Position numbers and translations under genes: made by a program. From Neoechinorhynchus agilis (lineage: Eukaryota; Animalia; Acanthocephala), in NCBI GenBank assembly GCA_051530055.1, contig CM121342.1, forward strand, positions 14,585,480 through 14,649,479: DNA of 64,000 nt, written 5' to 3'. The notes below the pieces were generated by a model. That model had not been told where the DNA came from. It searched no databases and saw only the letters and a program-made list of their open reading frames with translations. Shown one piece after another: positions 23,386 to 35,280 of this stretch. The first letter of the stretch is position 1, and the number at the start of each line of letters is the position of its first letter.

Positions 23386-26130
23386 TGTAAAAGAAATTGT
23401 GGTGGTAGGGTTTGCAATGATGTGCGCAGTGATGTGCAGTTGTATTACGTTATTGATCGACGACGAACGTTTGAGTTATGTATATGAGTGTACATGCAAG
23501 GTGTGAGTCAAGTTAGAACATAGACATCGTGTGTGTACAATCATGACATCTGGCGACGAGGGTAAATACCGATTGGAACTCGATAAAAGATCAACGGACA
23601 AAGAGGATATTCAGGCTATGAAACAGGTACTTGAATCGCAGCCGAAGCTGTTGGATTATTTGGCAAAAGTGTTTACAGATCCGTTGACGATTTCGGGAAT
23701 ACTATCGAGAGCGAAAGTGGTCCCTTTTCGATGTTTCCAGGAGCCTGAGAAATGGACAAACTACGTAACGCAGCTCGAGCTACACTTTGAGATTAACGGC
23801 ATCACAGATATCGACCTAAAAAAGAAGTGCCTGCTGGCATGGCTAAGCGTTCCTGTTTTCGACAAAGTGTGCTGGAGATTAGGATATCCTGGGTTGTTAG
23901 AGGTTCTCAATTGGTTGTATGACGAGAAGAGTCATGAGATAGTGGCGAGGTACCGATTATACAACACGAAGCTCGGGGAAGGTCAAAGCTACGAGGAATG
24001 GCTAAGTGAACTCCGCGAAGCAGCTAAGGGGTGCAATTTCTTTAAGACAAGTATAGTAGATGAACAGTCGGCAGCCGAGGTTCAAATTCGTGATGCTATC
24101 GTGTTGTCAACACCTCATGAAGAAGTGCGAAAAGCGGCTGTTCAATGCTCCGTAAGCACTTTACAGGACGTGATGAAAATAGCTAGGCGCTGCGAATGAT
24201 GAGTAAGGAGGATATCGTGGACAAAATCGACAACGAGAGAAGACGGGATTCCAGAACTGAGTAATTCTCGAACAGGAAGCGATGTTTTCGTCGCGGCAGT
24301 CGGCACATGAATTCTGGTTCCAAGTGTCCGGCAACAATGGCAAAGTGTTTCAAATGTGGGCGGACAGGACATTTTGTCAAGTGTTGTCGTTCTCGTGTCA
24401 ACAAGATTTGTGAAACGAACGCGAACGATGAGGATGATGCTACGATCGACAATATTCGGCAGGTCTTTGGACGATATGTTGTCAAGGTAATGGTAACATT
24501 GAATGGTCATAACGTCATTATGGAATTCGATACGGGCGCGTCCTCATCCATAACTCCTGTGCAGTTGTGGAAACGAATTGGCGAACCTCGTTTGTAGCCG
24601 ACAAACGACCTAATAACGTATGGTGGAGGAAAAATAATCCCGCTGGACGATGCGAGGTTGCAGTGGTGTACAAAAGATTGATAAGACGAATGTACGTGAC
24701 AATCATAGCAGGCACGGAGTCATTGGATGGTCGAGTTGGGATTGAAAATTCCAGCAAGCATAGGGAAAGTAAACAAAGTCGACGAACAAGAAGTTTGCGA
24801 CGAAGCAATATCGAGAAATCTACAGGGAAATTTTCCTGAAGTTTTTGGAGCGAACAAAGGAAAAATAAAAGGTTTTGAGGTGCATTTGAATCTTAATGTG
24901 GGTGCTGAGCCCAGTAAATGGTCAGCTCTACATGTTATTTTCGCATTGCAAAACCCTGTGAAGCAAGAAATAGATCGATTGACACAGGAAGGAGTCCTGG
25001 CAGAGATAGGTGTAAACGAGCATATTGAATGGGCGACCCCGGTGCGGCTTGAAAGGGTGATAGTGCCAAAGAATCTTCGAAAGCAATTTTTGGACATGAT
25101 GCATGAAGGACACCCGGGCGAAGCAGCGACTAAAGCCGTGGCTCGATACTACTGCTGGTGGCCTTCGATGGACGGCGATATAAAACGCAGAGTGAGTACA
25201 TGCGTTGAATGTCAAAGGCTAAAGCCGAATGCCTCCAAAGTCCCGCTTTTAAATTGGGATATTCCGTCGGGCCCGTGGAAGCGAGTTCACGTTGATTTGG
25301 CCGGTCCGTTGGAAAACAAAATGTACCTAGTAGCGATTGATGCATACTCGAAATATCACGAGGTGTGGACTTCCAGTATAGGATTTACATCTTAGGCGAC
25401 GATGGTCAGTTTGAGACAAGCGTATGCGAGATAGGGAGTTCCTGAGAAACTTGTCAGCGACAATGATCCGCAATTCGTTTCCACGAATTTCAAAGATTTT
25501 TGCATGGCGAATGGGAGCAAGCACGTGACAGGTTCTCCTTATCATCCAAAAATCAATGGACTAGTGGAAAGACTCATCAAAATGTTAAAAACGAGCGCTT
25601 TATTCGTTAGGAGCAACGATAGGTCATTGGCAGTCCATCGATTTTTGCTCAGCTATAGAAATTCCCCACAAGCGACTACGAATAGATGCCCGGCAGAACT
25701 AATGATGGGGAGAAGGATCTCAACCAAACTGTAAAACATGAGGTCGTCTTTGGGACGAACGATGAATGAGAGTATGCGTAAGCATAAAAAATGGCACGAT
25801 AAAAGGTCTCAATCACGTTTATTTCAAAAGGGAGATAAGGTATGGTACCGTTCCCCAAGAGATCAAGTATAAACCAAGGGAGTGATCAAGAAAGCGTCAG
25901 GGCCAGCATCCTATGCTCTGAGCGCACAAGATAGAGAGCGGCGCGTCCATGGAGACCAAATAAGAGCCCGTTGCGATAGTGAAGTAGCGGAGGATCATCC
26001 AAAGGAGTCGCGAAATTAAATAAAGTGCAAGGAAGAACGAGGAGAAGATGAACACGAATCGATGATGCAAGAACGGCGAACGACCAAGTCAACAACAGAA
26101 GGATTCCAATGGTAGAGACAGATCAGGATG
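23386..26130 (+). mobile_element. Ty3/gypsy element: 5' LTR (about 23386-23548), tRNA-Ser PBS, gag, PR, IN; RT and RNase H deleted
   Basis: PBS TGGCGACGAGG at 23551-23561. gag 23531-24199, CCHC knuckle, FDTGAS protease. EWATPV is joined directly to RVIVPKNLR...HEGHPG, then WKRVHVDLAGP. Confidence 0.9.
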
Positions 26131-26136
26131 AGATCA

Positions 26137-26555
26137 TGCTCATGATTGTACACACACGATGTCTTTTTTTATTTATTATCAAGGCCTCATACACTCTTGT
26201 AAGTTTGTGACATCTTCTTTTTTGGCCCCACGGCCATATTCGTTTGGAGCCTTTCGGCTGACTTGCACACATCGGAGGCGCTTAGCCGCACTCGAAGGAA
26301 CAGGGCCAACCCACTTTTGGGGCCTATGGGCGATCTCAAAACCTGACCCCGCCTCTTCCAGCACCCTCGCACACCCGTGGAACCCAGCGACCGGTGGCGT
26401 TGAACCTTCGACATATCGAGCACATTATGAACGAGCACACCACACGGCCACTGGGCCCATATGATGTCTATATTCTAACTCGACAATCACACCTCGCATG
26501 TGCACTCATTTAAATATACTATAAATAACATAATACAACTGCGCACACCACTGCC
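26137..26555 (-). mobile_element. Inverted LTR related to the 23386 LTR, interrupted by SINE-B
   Basis: 26137-26164 and 26463-26555 are reverse-complement homologues of about 23420-23548. Confidence 0.75.
26165..26458 (-). mobile_element. tRNA-derived SINE-B, full length, polyA tail, 7-bp TSD
   Basis: A box TGGCCGTGTGG, B box GGTTCAACGCC, AATAAA plus polyA. TSD GATGTCT at 26158-26164 and 26463-26469. Second copy at 45378-45668. Confidence 0.85.
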
Positions 26556-29133
26556 CGGCACTCGATGAGAGGGGGAAAGTCAACTGTGCAAATAAAGTCA
26601 GCTGTGCAGTACAAAGAAGAGATGTATAGCGAAGTATCATTGTAACGAGGGATCATAGAAAGTAGGATTAAAATGTGAAAATCTCACTTTCTCGAAAAAA
26701 TAAATATTTCCGAGCCGTGCCACTTCTTTGCGTCTCGAATCAAAGCGAACATTAAACCCCCACCATGGTTTCCTTGAGCAGGTCGACTCTTCATCTTTTC
26801 GTATAATTTCAAACCTGATTCCATCGATTATTGACGTTCTCTGACAAAGGTTCAATGTTTACCATCCGCTTCTTGTTCTCGCCGGTTTTCGTAGAATGCG
26901 GCACAGATTTAGGGCCAATAAGTGGACATTGTATTGTGCTTCTGTTTTTACTTGAATATAAAAGGAGACAACTTGTGAAGATTTGTTGGATCCTCTTTAA
27001 GAACTCGAAAAGATTTAAAATACTTAGGCTTACAATTAAATAGTCTACGTTCAAGGATGTTAACAAATTCTGATAGTAAACGGGTGAGTTCGCCCCAATA
27101 AATCGACACGATTGATCAGATTGAAGACGACACCCATTCAGAGATACGATAAAAAATTCAACTCGAGTCACTAAAATGGTAATCGCAAAATCAAATCGAC
27201 AGAGTGGAAGGAAATATCACGCGTATCATGCTTTACAGGGTTGATTTAGAATTTATGAAGGAATGTAACCGATTAAATCTAGGCACAGCTCAATACAGAC
27301 ACAAAAATGTCTAGCCAAATACTCGCAGCCAAATTGAGAAAATGCACAGTTTGACGTTTATGAGCCTACAAGAAACCAGGGACACGATTGATGACCATGA
27401 GTTCAATTGGCTCATCGTATGATACAAAAACCGCAAGGAAAAAGCTGGTGGTTAAAGTTAAATGTTTAGATCTCAAAATCAGAAACCTAAAGGACATATC
27501 GTACAGAGATTGGCAGCGCCAAGCAGGGAGGAAGGAGACAATACCGAATGGATACATTAATAAAACGAATAGGTCGTTTACTAGTGAGCAAAAGGAAGTG
27601 TTGAACTTAGGCCTTCAGACAAAAGAGCGTCATTGGATTTAGCTACGAATTTCGAAGTAATTGCAAAGAAAATAGTTACTACTTTTGGGGAAAATGTGGC
27701 GGCGTCGCAGGAAATCAATGGTCTCAAAGCAGTTTATGGAGAAACGAAATTACTGAACGTTGGTCGTTGAATGCATGGTAGCAACTTATCCAGGTTACAA
27801 AGTCAGGCAATAAGCAGGAGCTCTGGAAAACGAGAATTACAATCATAAAATTGGTGTAATTCTATTTCGGTCACAGATACCTTCACTAAATATAATTTAG
27901 ACATTGTCGTTTCATTTAAGATGTCGAGCGCTTATTGAGGAGCTGCGCGCGTAGCACCAAATTGGAAGTGCGTAACGTGCTGTAAATTGCAGTCAATAAA
28001 TCCGTTTCCGTCATTCGGAAAACGAAGAATGTCATTAAGCTGAAAAACAAGCTTATAAAACTTCTGAAGCAGGGCAAAAAGAGTGAATAACTAAGCCAGG
28101 AAATATATAAACATATATACCCAAGTGACCCAATGATTCCGAAGATGTATGGTCTACCAAAATACACAAAGAAGAATGTCATCTGAGAACAATCGTACCA
28201 ATGAATGGCAGTTTCAATTACGATTTGGAAAGTTCTTGGTTAAGTGCTTGACAGATGCAACATCACAAGTAACCACTAATGTGAAGAAATTGAGGGAACT
28301 CATCGAATGGATATAATATCCCACCATAAATGCGGCGATTCCAAACCTCATTCCTATTCGTCAAGGAATTTACGCTACAACACACATCTAAAGTCTGCTG
28401 GAGTTAGCTTGTGCGGTAAGTTTCGAGTTCAATGTGAAGTATTAGGTTCAAAAATGGTAGGTAGCCATGGACTCACCTATTGCCAAACTTCTGGCTAATC
28501 TCGTTTCAAAGGCTTTCTGTATCGAGCCCACAACGTCTGCAGTGATTAGTGCCTCGAGGATGAAATCTAATAGTTGAAACGAATTTTTCAGCAAGTTGCG
28601 TTTTCTATAGGATGTTCCTACTTCAACTAGAGAGAGAGCTTGAGAACTATGTGCGAAACACCCAGTCACAAGAAACAGACATAACCCTGAATCGAATCGA
28701 CCTACGCATTGGAGTACCGGACAGCGGACCACAGACCAACTGTTGTTGAAACAAAATTTCTAGGATAGTTAAGAACACCGGTCTGCTGATAAAATGCCAA
28801 TTCTACTTCCGACCTTCTGTACTTATAGGAAACCTCATTTCCCAAAAATACCAGGAGGTGGAAAATAGGGCTGTTGTCTACAGTTTCCTACAGCACTTAC
28901 ATTGGAAAAACACGCCGGGATTCGAAGACGATATTGGCAAAACGTAAGCGGCCCAAGACGCAGAAAACCTTATGGTCGAATATCGCAATGCGCTAGGTGC
29001 AAACTGACCAGTGGTCAATTATGACCAAACATTGTTTTAGCAAGTAAACATAATAACTGCTAACAAAATGTATGAACACAATCAACCGAAAGCGCGTGTA
29101 AGAGCAGAATAACCATTTAAGCACTTGTATTTT

Positions 29134-29173
29134 AGAACTGATGATGAACCCGACGAGGTTCGAAATGTCTTAA
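29134..29173 (+). ncRNA. Minimal hammerhead ribozyme
   Basis: CTGATGA-T-GAACC cgacga GGTTC-GAAA-TGT-C with a GUC site at C29169. Stem I is weak. Confidence 0.7.
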
Positions 29174-29325
29174 ATAAAAAATTATCTACCAGGTGAGAAC
29201 CTGAACAATAATTCTACTCGATTAACGTTGTTTTTCGGGAAAACATAGATTTATGGAATTACACTTTCGGTGAGAATAATCTCGGTCATTACATGGAATC
29301 CAACGTCGTAAACACTTGCAAACAA

Positions 29326-29362
29326 CGACTGAAGAGGCGAGGATACGTCGCGAAATATCTCG
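29326..29362 (+). ncRNA. Minimal hammerhead ribozyme
   Basis: CGA-CTGAAGA-G-GCGA ggatacg TCGC-GAAA-TAT-C-TCG with an AUC site at C29359. Confidence 0.75.
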
Positions 29363-29836
29363 AATAAATAAAATATGTAATGACCGGGATTATTCTCACC
29401 GAAAGCGTAATTTTATTATTCGGAAGGACTTTCTATCGATGATTTATGGAATTGTGGTAACTTTACTGAAATGAAATACAGTACCAGTAATACTATCAAT
29501 TTCCTCTGCGAAAATGGCTGATGAAGCGATATGTTTTATCCGGGGGAATAAAATCACCGCAACTCCAAATCTATCATCCCGAAGGATTTTCTGTCTCGAT
29601 GAGCATATATATTTATGTTTTCTTTTGGTATTTTTGCCACCCCGGGATGGAAGGTAATAAAACCAACATTTCAGTTTAAAATTACCATTGAAAAGGCATT
29701 CTTGCTCTAGCTTGCCCAATACGCTAACGTTCGTGTTTTAGATGACAAACCTTGGGAAAATGTCGGGTGAGCTACCAAAAGAAAGTATCCTTTCCCCCGA
29801 AGATAATAATCCAAGACATATATTTATTAAGTATCA

Positions 29837-30130
29837 ATGTGCAGCCTTTTTCCACGGCTGATAATTTTCCTTGAGCACACAGCCCACCGATCTGGTTCGG
29901 GGAAGCGCATAAAATCACCTAATACCCTGAACTGTAAGGTTATGAGTTTGTACATTCCTCCGGATCCTCAGATACCTCCCGGAAAGGCGGGACTCATCAG
30001 TGAATTTCCTCTTCCCTTCAGCGGTTTTTCGTCCCCTTTGGTTGTGCGTCATTGGCGGTAACGGATTCGAACCAATTGAACCTGCTGTGTCGTCAAGGAA
30101 AATTATCAGCCGTGGAAAAAGGTCGCACAT
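29837..30130 (-). mobile_element. SINE-A copy A (5'-truncated, retains the B box) with an inverted copy of its 3' tail
   Basis: B box GGTTCGAATCC on minus. Homologous to 35281-35548. About 45-bp inverted repeats at 29837-29883 and 30084-30130. Confidence 0.8.
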
Positions 30131-32612
30131 TTGTATTTAATAAAAGTTACCGGGTGGCCAGCCTTCCAAAAACATATATTTATGTTCGTAAATCTTCTGG
30201 TTCATGTTGTTTATTTTTTAATACTAATGTTCCATATCGTCTTTTAAGATTTTTTCAAGTGTCCAGAGAACCCTTATTGGAAGCATATTGCTAAACGTAC
30301 AAAGTTGATTTGGGGTTTTCTTTAAAATACCCAAAAGGACTAATCACATCAAGGACATCTTAAATGCGATCATTGGCTGTACTCAGATGACAAAGTTGCA
30401 CAATTTTGGCCCTAGTCGAAATATGATATCCACATGACACCACTACCACCCGCAGTTCCTTTCATATTCTCCTTTGACAGACAAGAACCTTTTGGTGTGC
30501 CAAAATGTGATACATTTAAAAGTTTGTCTATCATGACAAGGGTTCTATGTGTTGCCTAAGCCAAAGCGGCTACCAGTGCTGGGAAACAGCAGATGTCCGA
30601 TGTATTACCGAAGAAGCCACACAATTGAATTTTCTTGGTATATATGGACCTGATTGAGAACCGAAACATCTTAATGCCAATCAATACTTTTCCTCCTCTA
30701 ATTCGATGCTCGACCTATGTTGTCGTCAACGGTAAGTGTTGAACCTCGAACTGTAGAACCTTTTGGAAAACAACATGCCATATCAATCGGCGCTTATGAG
30801 AGAAAATAGCTTTATTTTTGAGTATCTGGAATAGGAGGAATCCAATTGAAGCTCACTGAACGACCGATACTATGTTTAAAAGTCGGCCATTTCATTTCAT
30901 TATCCATAAAAGATTACCAATGAGACACAACTTCTTTACTTCGCCCTATCACATTGCGTGCAAATAAGATTTGGTCCCCCTCTTTCTTGCTAGAAACCAT
31001 TAATCAAGTCGACGCAACTTTTTACTTGTTTGAAGCAATCAACGGAACACTTTTCACACTCCAAAAATGAATTCCGCACAATTTGGACCAAATGTGCCGC
31101 ATAAAGAGCCCCAGGGCGAACAAAATTCAAGATATCAGGGAAACCATTACGATCAATTTGCATGATTTTTCATTAGTAAAATCTATCTTCAGTTTTCTCA
31201 AAACGAGCCGTTGTTGCCAAATATACAAATTGGAATCCTTTCTTGGACAAAAGTTTAGACCTAGTTACAGTACCGTGGTGAACTAATTCGAGTTTCGAAT
31301 CATTAAGTGGTTTTTATCGTCGATAAAGATTTTAATGAGTGTGTCTCAAAGTTCGGCGTCTAACGCCTACTAAAGTAACGGTTTATTTTGTTCTAAAAAG
31401 CATGTCACAAAAAGCATGGGGATTAGAAGGTCCGTGGTGACCCGTTTAGAAACAATGAACGATGAGAACCTTCTTTTTTCAAAGCGTTTAAATTGCCTCA
31501 ACAAGTTCCGACCCTTAGTTTGCCAAAGAAGCGAAAAGGTCATGCCTTGAGGAGGTGTAGTCTTTTATAGTGGACGGTCTCTAATGCTTTTGCGAACCGA
31601 TTATTCGTTTTTGGGCATTAAATTTAATAAATGGGGAATTGCGCAAGCTACATTCAGTCGGAACAAGCAGCTATACCTCACTTTAAAGAGCCAATAAAAG
31701 CAATAATGCCGTCTTATCAAAGAATGGGTATGTGTAGTAGGCTTGCAGGCCGATATAAAAACCCGTTTTCGGTATTGTTGCGCTGCAGGGGTCGCTGCCG
31801 TCACCACAACCGCACGAATCAACCGATATCAAAATTGCTACATTCAATGCTCGGGCGAATATTGTGCTACGTGGGTCCGTAGGACTACTTTTTAAAGATA
31901 AATTTTTGTAAATAAGAGAGGTTGACACTGGCTACCAATTTTTAAATTGCTTCCAGGAAGTTGGTTTCTCAACATACATTGCATTTGGGGTTTAGGCGCC
32001 TAAGAATTATTTGCTGCTAGGCGCCGATTTCTTACTGAAAGTTTCACCAGGAACTGCAAAATAATTGTTCACTTCATGTTTAGAATTGAGGATTGAAATT
32101 CGGAAGTTTGGAAATCGGCTATCGTCCCGACAAGAAAGAGATCTGGACTTAAAGGATAAGGTAAGTGAATACATTTGCTTTAGCGGCCAATGATCACTGT
32201 TGATGAATGTACCACCGAGAGAGATAAATCAAGTGTAGACCATAAACGAGACTATCAAACTCGAGACGTCTCGCGATTGCCAATAAGCGCCGAATTCTGA
32301 TGATACGCGACCGTGCCTCGCCTTTAGTTAATTATGCAATAATTTTCAATTATTTCAAATCACGCTCATAACATGAGTTTATTGTAATCATCATCAAAAA
32401 ATTTAGTCATTCATTAAATGGAAATCTTTTTGTTTATTCCTACTTATATTAACCGAATGCAAATAGATCTAAACAATTTTTTTATACAAAAACCCCAGAG
32501 TTTAGATGGGTGCTTAAATCTTATGAAGATTCGTATCCGTTAGAAGCGCGTGTCATCCGTGCCGAACCATCGTTACGACTATAGTTTATTCTTCTCACTC
32601 TCATCCATTAAG

Positions 32613-34925
32613 ATGTCAAGCCGACCACCTTTGCCACCCGTTCAACAGCCGCCTAATTTGCTTTGCGACAGCCCGGATGATCCACTTGCAAGGGAAGCAG
32701 TTCTTGAAATGCTTTCCGCGTATTTCAAGAAATCCCAACTTCAACTACTCGAAGCTCAACTTACACAAGTCGATTCGAGTGCTGCGCTTAGTGGCGGCAA
32801 CCAACGATCAGGAATCCTCAACTTACAGAATTTTCGACCTCGATTTCGGCGTAGCAGTACATCTACACGCCCTACATCGTCAAAAGTTCCCGAATGCCAA
32901 ACGATTGATCCAGCTTTAGTTTTTCGCTTGCCACTGTCTCAATTTCCGCTAACTGATGTTCGTCATCCTTCCAATGGTACAACACTAACGATTCCCGATT
33001 TTTTTCAAAAATTGTGCAGTCGTTTGTTGAGCGATCAGCAAAAAGAAGGAATCTTTAGACTTGCTGGCTCCTATAACCGTGAAAAGGTGATCATGGCGAG
33101 TATCGCAGATCAGAATTACTGCTTTGATAGTTGCGGCACTATTGATTTGGCTGCCGTTGCAAAGCGGTTCATTCGAAATATTCCAGGAGGATTGATTCCA
33201 GAAGTTATTAGAGGTTTGATGGTAGATTGTATCGATTGCGTAATTTTGGAGAAACCACCTCGGCTCCACGAGCAGGATGTACACATTGATCAAGCTGTAC
33301 TAAGATCAGGAGGCTTCACAAGTCGGATTCGGGCGAAATCCCCGGTTCTCAGAAGACGAAATTCCACCGCAAATCGCAGAACGAAGGATTTAAGTGATCC
33401 AAAGTTAGGAATCGAAGATCGTCTGATGCTTTTGTGTCTCTTAATGCCGAAATTGAACAGAGATCTGCTCGTATACTTATTAACAGTTCTAATGGAAGTT
33501 TCGAAAGCCGAAGATCGAAACAAAATGTCAATTAGCAATCTGATAATTGTTTTCGCTCCAACCATTTTCGATGCCGAATGTTCAAGTGGCGGGTCTGTCA
33601 AGAGTGCATCGCCGACGAATGCCCGCCACTGCGTTGACAAACCGTCGAAGGTGCTCACCGCTTTGCTCAATAATAGTAGCAGAATCGGTACATTAATTCC
33701 CTGTCTTCAGGAAAAACTAAAACAAATTCGGCAACGGAAGTTGGAACAACCACGTAAATCACGAATATTAAGTTTCGTTACTTCTGGTTTCGGTTCGGGT
33801 TTTGGCCGTTCACGTCGACGGTCACGATCTACAGCGGGACATGTTCGCGTTGGATGTAATCCAGCTGAAAATGCGACCAATTCATCTTTCATCCGAAGAG
33901 CACTAAAGTTAACTTCAAGTCAAATGCTGAATCCAATCACTCGTGGAACACCATCACCATCGCCATCGACAATGTCCAGCGTTGCTTTTACATCGCAAAC
34001 GACGTCTTCTGTGAATTCATTCGTCGGAAGGATTACTGTAGATGAACCAGGAGAAGTGAAGAAAACGTCTACTGAAACGAGTAGCATTCTTCGACGTTGT
34101 TCAAGTGCCCTTGACAAAGCTATGATGGTCGAGGATATAGAAGATTCGTCTGCAGTGAACGACGGCAAAGCACCTTTAAAAAGAACAAGTGCAGTTGTCG
34201 AAGTGAAAGGAAGTTCCTTACTGCAAAATAAAGATGACGGAAAGAGTAGTGATACGGACGAAAAAGTGGCTTGCACTCCTGCCAAACGACCGAGTTTCAA
34301 AAAATCAAAGGGACGCATTGTAGCTGGTAGGAGCGATGAAAACGAAGTAGCAACGCAGGAATCTATGGAAAGACAATTGAACTTAAGACTCCGTGGAAAG
34401 CAAATGGATAGAGGTGGTGGTTCAAGGGGTATATCGAGACGAAGACCGAGGCAAAACATTATAGCGAAGCGGTGCCCTCCTAGTCCAAGGTGTAATAGTA
34501 CACGTCTTTACGGTTGTAGATGGGCCATGCAAACTCAGCCTGCAATTTTGGCTTTAGTGGGACAAAATGTGCCACAAGTGGTTGCATTCGAGCAAAACGC
34601 ACAACTGGCTAAGGATGAATGCCTTCCTGTTCCATCCAATGGCCGACAGTCGAGGTACCATACCAACGGAAGTTCGAATATACCACTGAGACCTTATACA
34701 CGAGGGGCTGGCGAATTGTCTAAATCTCCTAAAGGAAGGCAATCGATTAATTCTAATCAAAGAATTGATCGAAGTTCAGCAACCGTTGCGATTACTCACG
34801 AACCTCAGAATAATAGAGGAAGGCGTAACTCAAGGCGACGCATTCATGTTGACGAGATGAGTCAGGAGCGGTCAAGGCGTAGGGTCCAACAGAGGAGACG
34901 ACGGAATATAGACGGAAGAGAATGA
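32613..34925 (+). CDS. RhoGAP-domain protein (possibly ARHGAP11-like); probable upstream exon ending at 32160
   Basis: 791-codon ORF with IPDFF..C, EGIFRLAGS arginine finger, DLAAVAKRFIRNIP, NKMSISNLIIVFAPTIF and a long disordered tail. The acceptor before ATG 32613 is in phase with the GTAAGT donor at 32161. Confidence 0.9.
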   Translation: MSSRPPLPPVQQPPNLLCDSPDDPLAREAVLEMLSAYFKKSQLQLLEAQLTQVDSSAALSGGNQRSGILNLQNFRPRFRRSSTSTRPTSSKVPECQTIDPALVFRLPLSQFPLTDVRHPSNGTTLTIPDFFQKLCSRLLSDQQKEGIFRLAGSYNREKVIMASIADQNYCFDSCGTIDLAAVAKRFIRNIPGGLIPEVIRGLMVDCIDCVILEKPPRLHEQDVHIDQAVLRSGGFTSRIRAKSPVLRRRNSTANRRTKDLSDPKLGIEDRLMLLCLLMPKLNRDLLVYLLTVLMEVSKAEDRNKMSISNLIIVFAPTIFDAECSSGGSVKSASPTNARHCVDKPSKVLTALLNNSSRIGTLIPCLQEKLKQIRQRKLEQPRKSRILSFVTSGFGSGFGRSRRRSRSTAGHVRVGCNPAENATNSSFIRRALKLTSSQMLNPITRGTPSPSPSTMSSVAFTSQTTSSVNSFVGRITVDEPGEVKKTSTETSSILRRCSSALDKAMMVEDIEDSSAVNDGKAPLKRTSAVVEVKGSSLLQNKDDGKSSDTDEKVACTPAKRPSFKKSKGRIVAGRSDENEVATQESMERQLNLRLRGKQMDRGGGSRGISRRRPRQNIIAKRCPPSPRCNSTRLYGCRWAMQTQPAILALVGQNVPQVVAFEQNAQLAKDECLPVPSNGRQSRYHTNGSSNIPLRPYTRGAGELSKSPKGRQSINSNQRIDRSSATVAITHEPQNNRGRRNSRRRIHVDEMSQERSRRRVQQRRRRNIDGRE

Positions 34926-35280
34926 AAACAAGACGATATTTTGTTCAATTGTAACTTAGAATCAAATGTCTGCTTAAATTCTGATAAATTTTAGAACCTC
35001 ACTATGTGTGTTGAAAACGATTTCGTGTAAAAGATCTTTTATATCTCTGATATATGCTTAGGCTTTTTGGTTGGGACTTAGCAATCTCATTTTTTAACAT
35101 TCTTATGCGTTGCTCAGTCAGTAGTCTTTTGATTCGATGGACTGTGTGCCCATTCGGCCATGTATGGAAAAATTAAAAACATATCTATAAAAAGACTACC
35201 GGCTGAGCAACGCACAAGAATGCTATAATCGGAAAGTTTATCCAGGCTAAAGTGGTGAAGTGTGTACATTCCGTATTTGT

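Larger units (their letters stand above)
27230..29405 (+). mobile_element. Heavily decayed, near full-length Penelope-like element
   Basis: Remnants of INKTNRSFTSEQKEVLNLGL, MYGLPK, an RT motif region, a C-terminal RT region and a GIY-YIG region. Two terminal HHRs. Confidence 0.75.

Noticed and set aside
26255-26310. HDV-like or pistol ribozyme in SINE-B (GGCTAAGCG motif)
   Set aside because: The P1/P4 or pseudoknot partners cannot be placed.
30300-32160. Exon-like segments with GT donors, including an MGNCAS start at 31631
   Set aside because: Probably genic, but I could not build a consistent gene model or recognise a product.
33240-33408. RhoGAP insertion as an unspliced intron
   Set aside because: The GT...AG span is 169 nt, so removal shifts the frame, and there is no pyrimidine tract.
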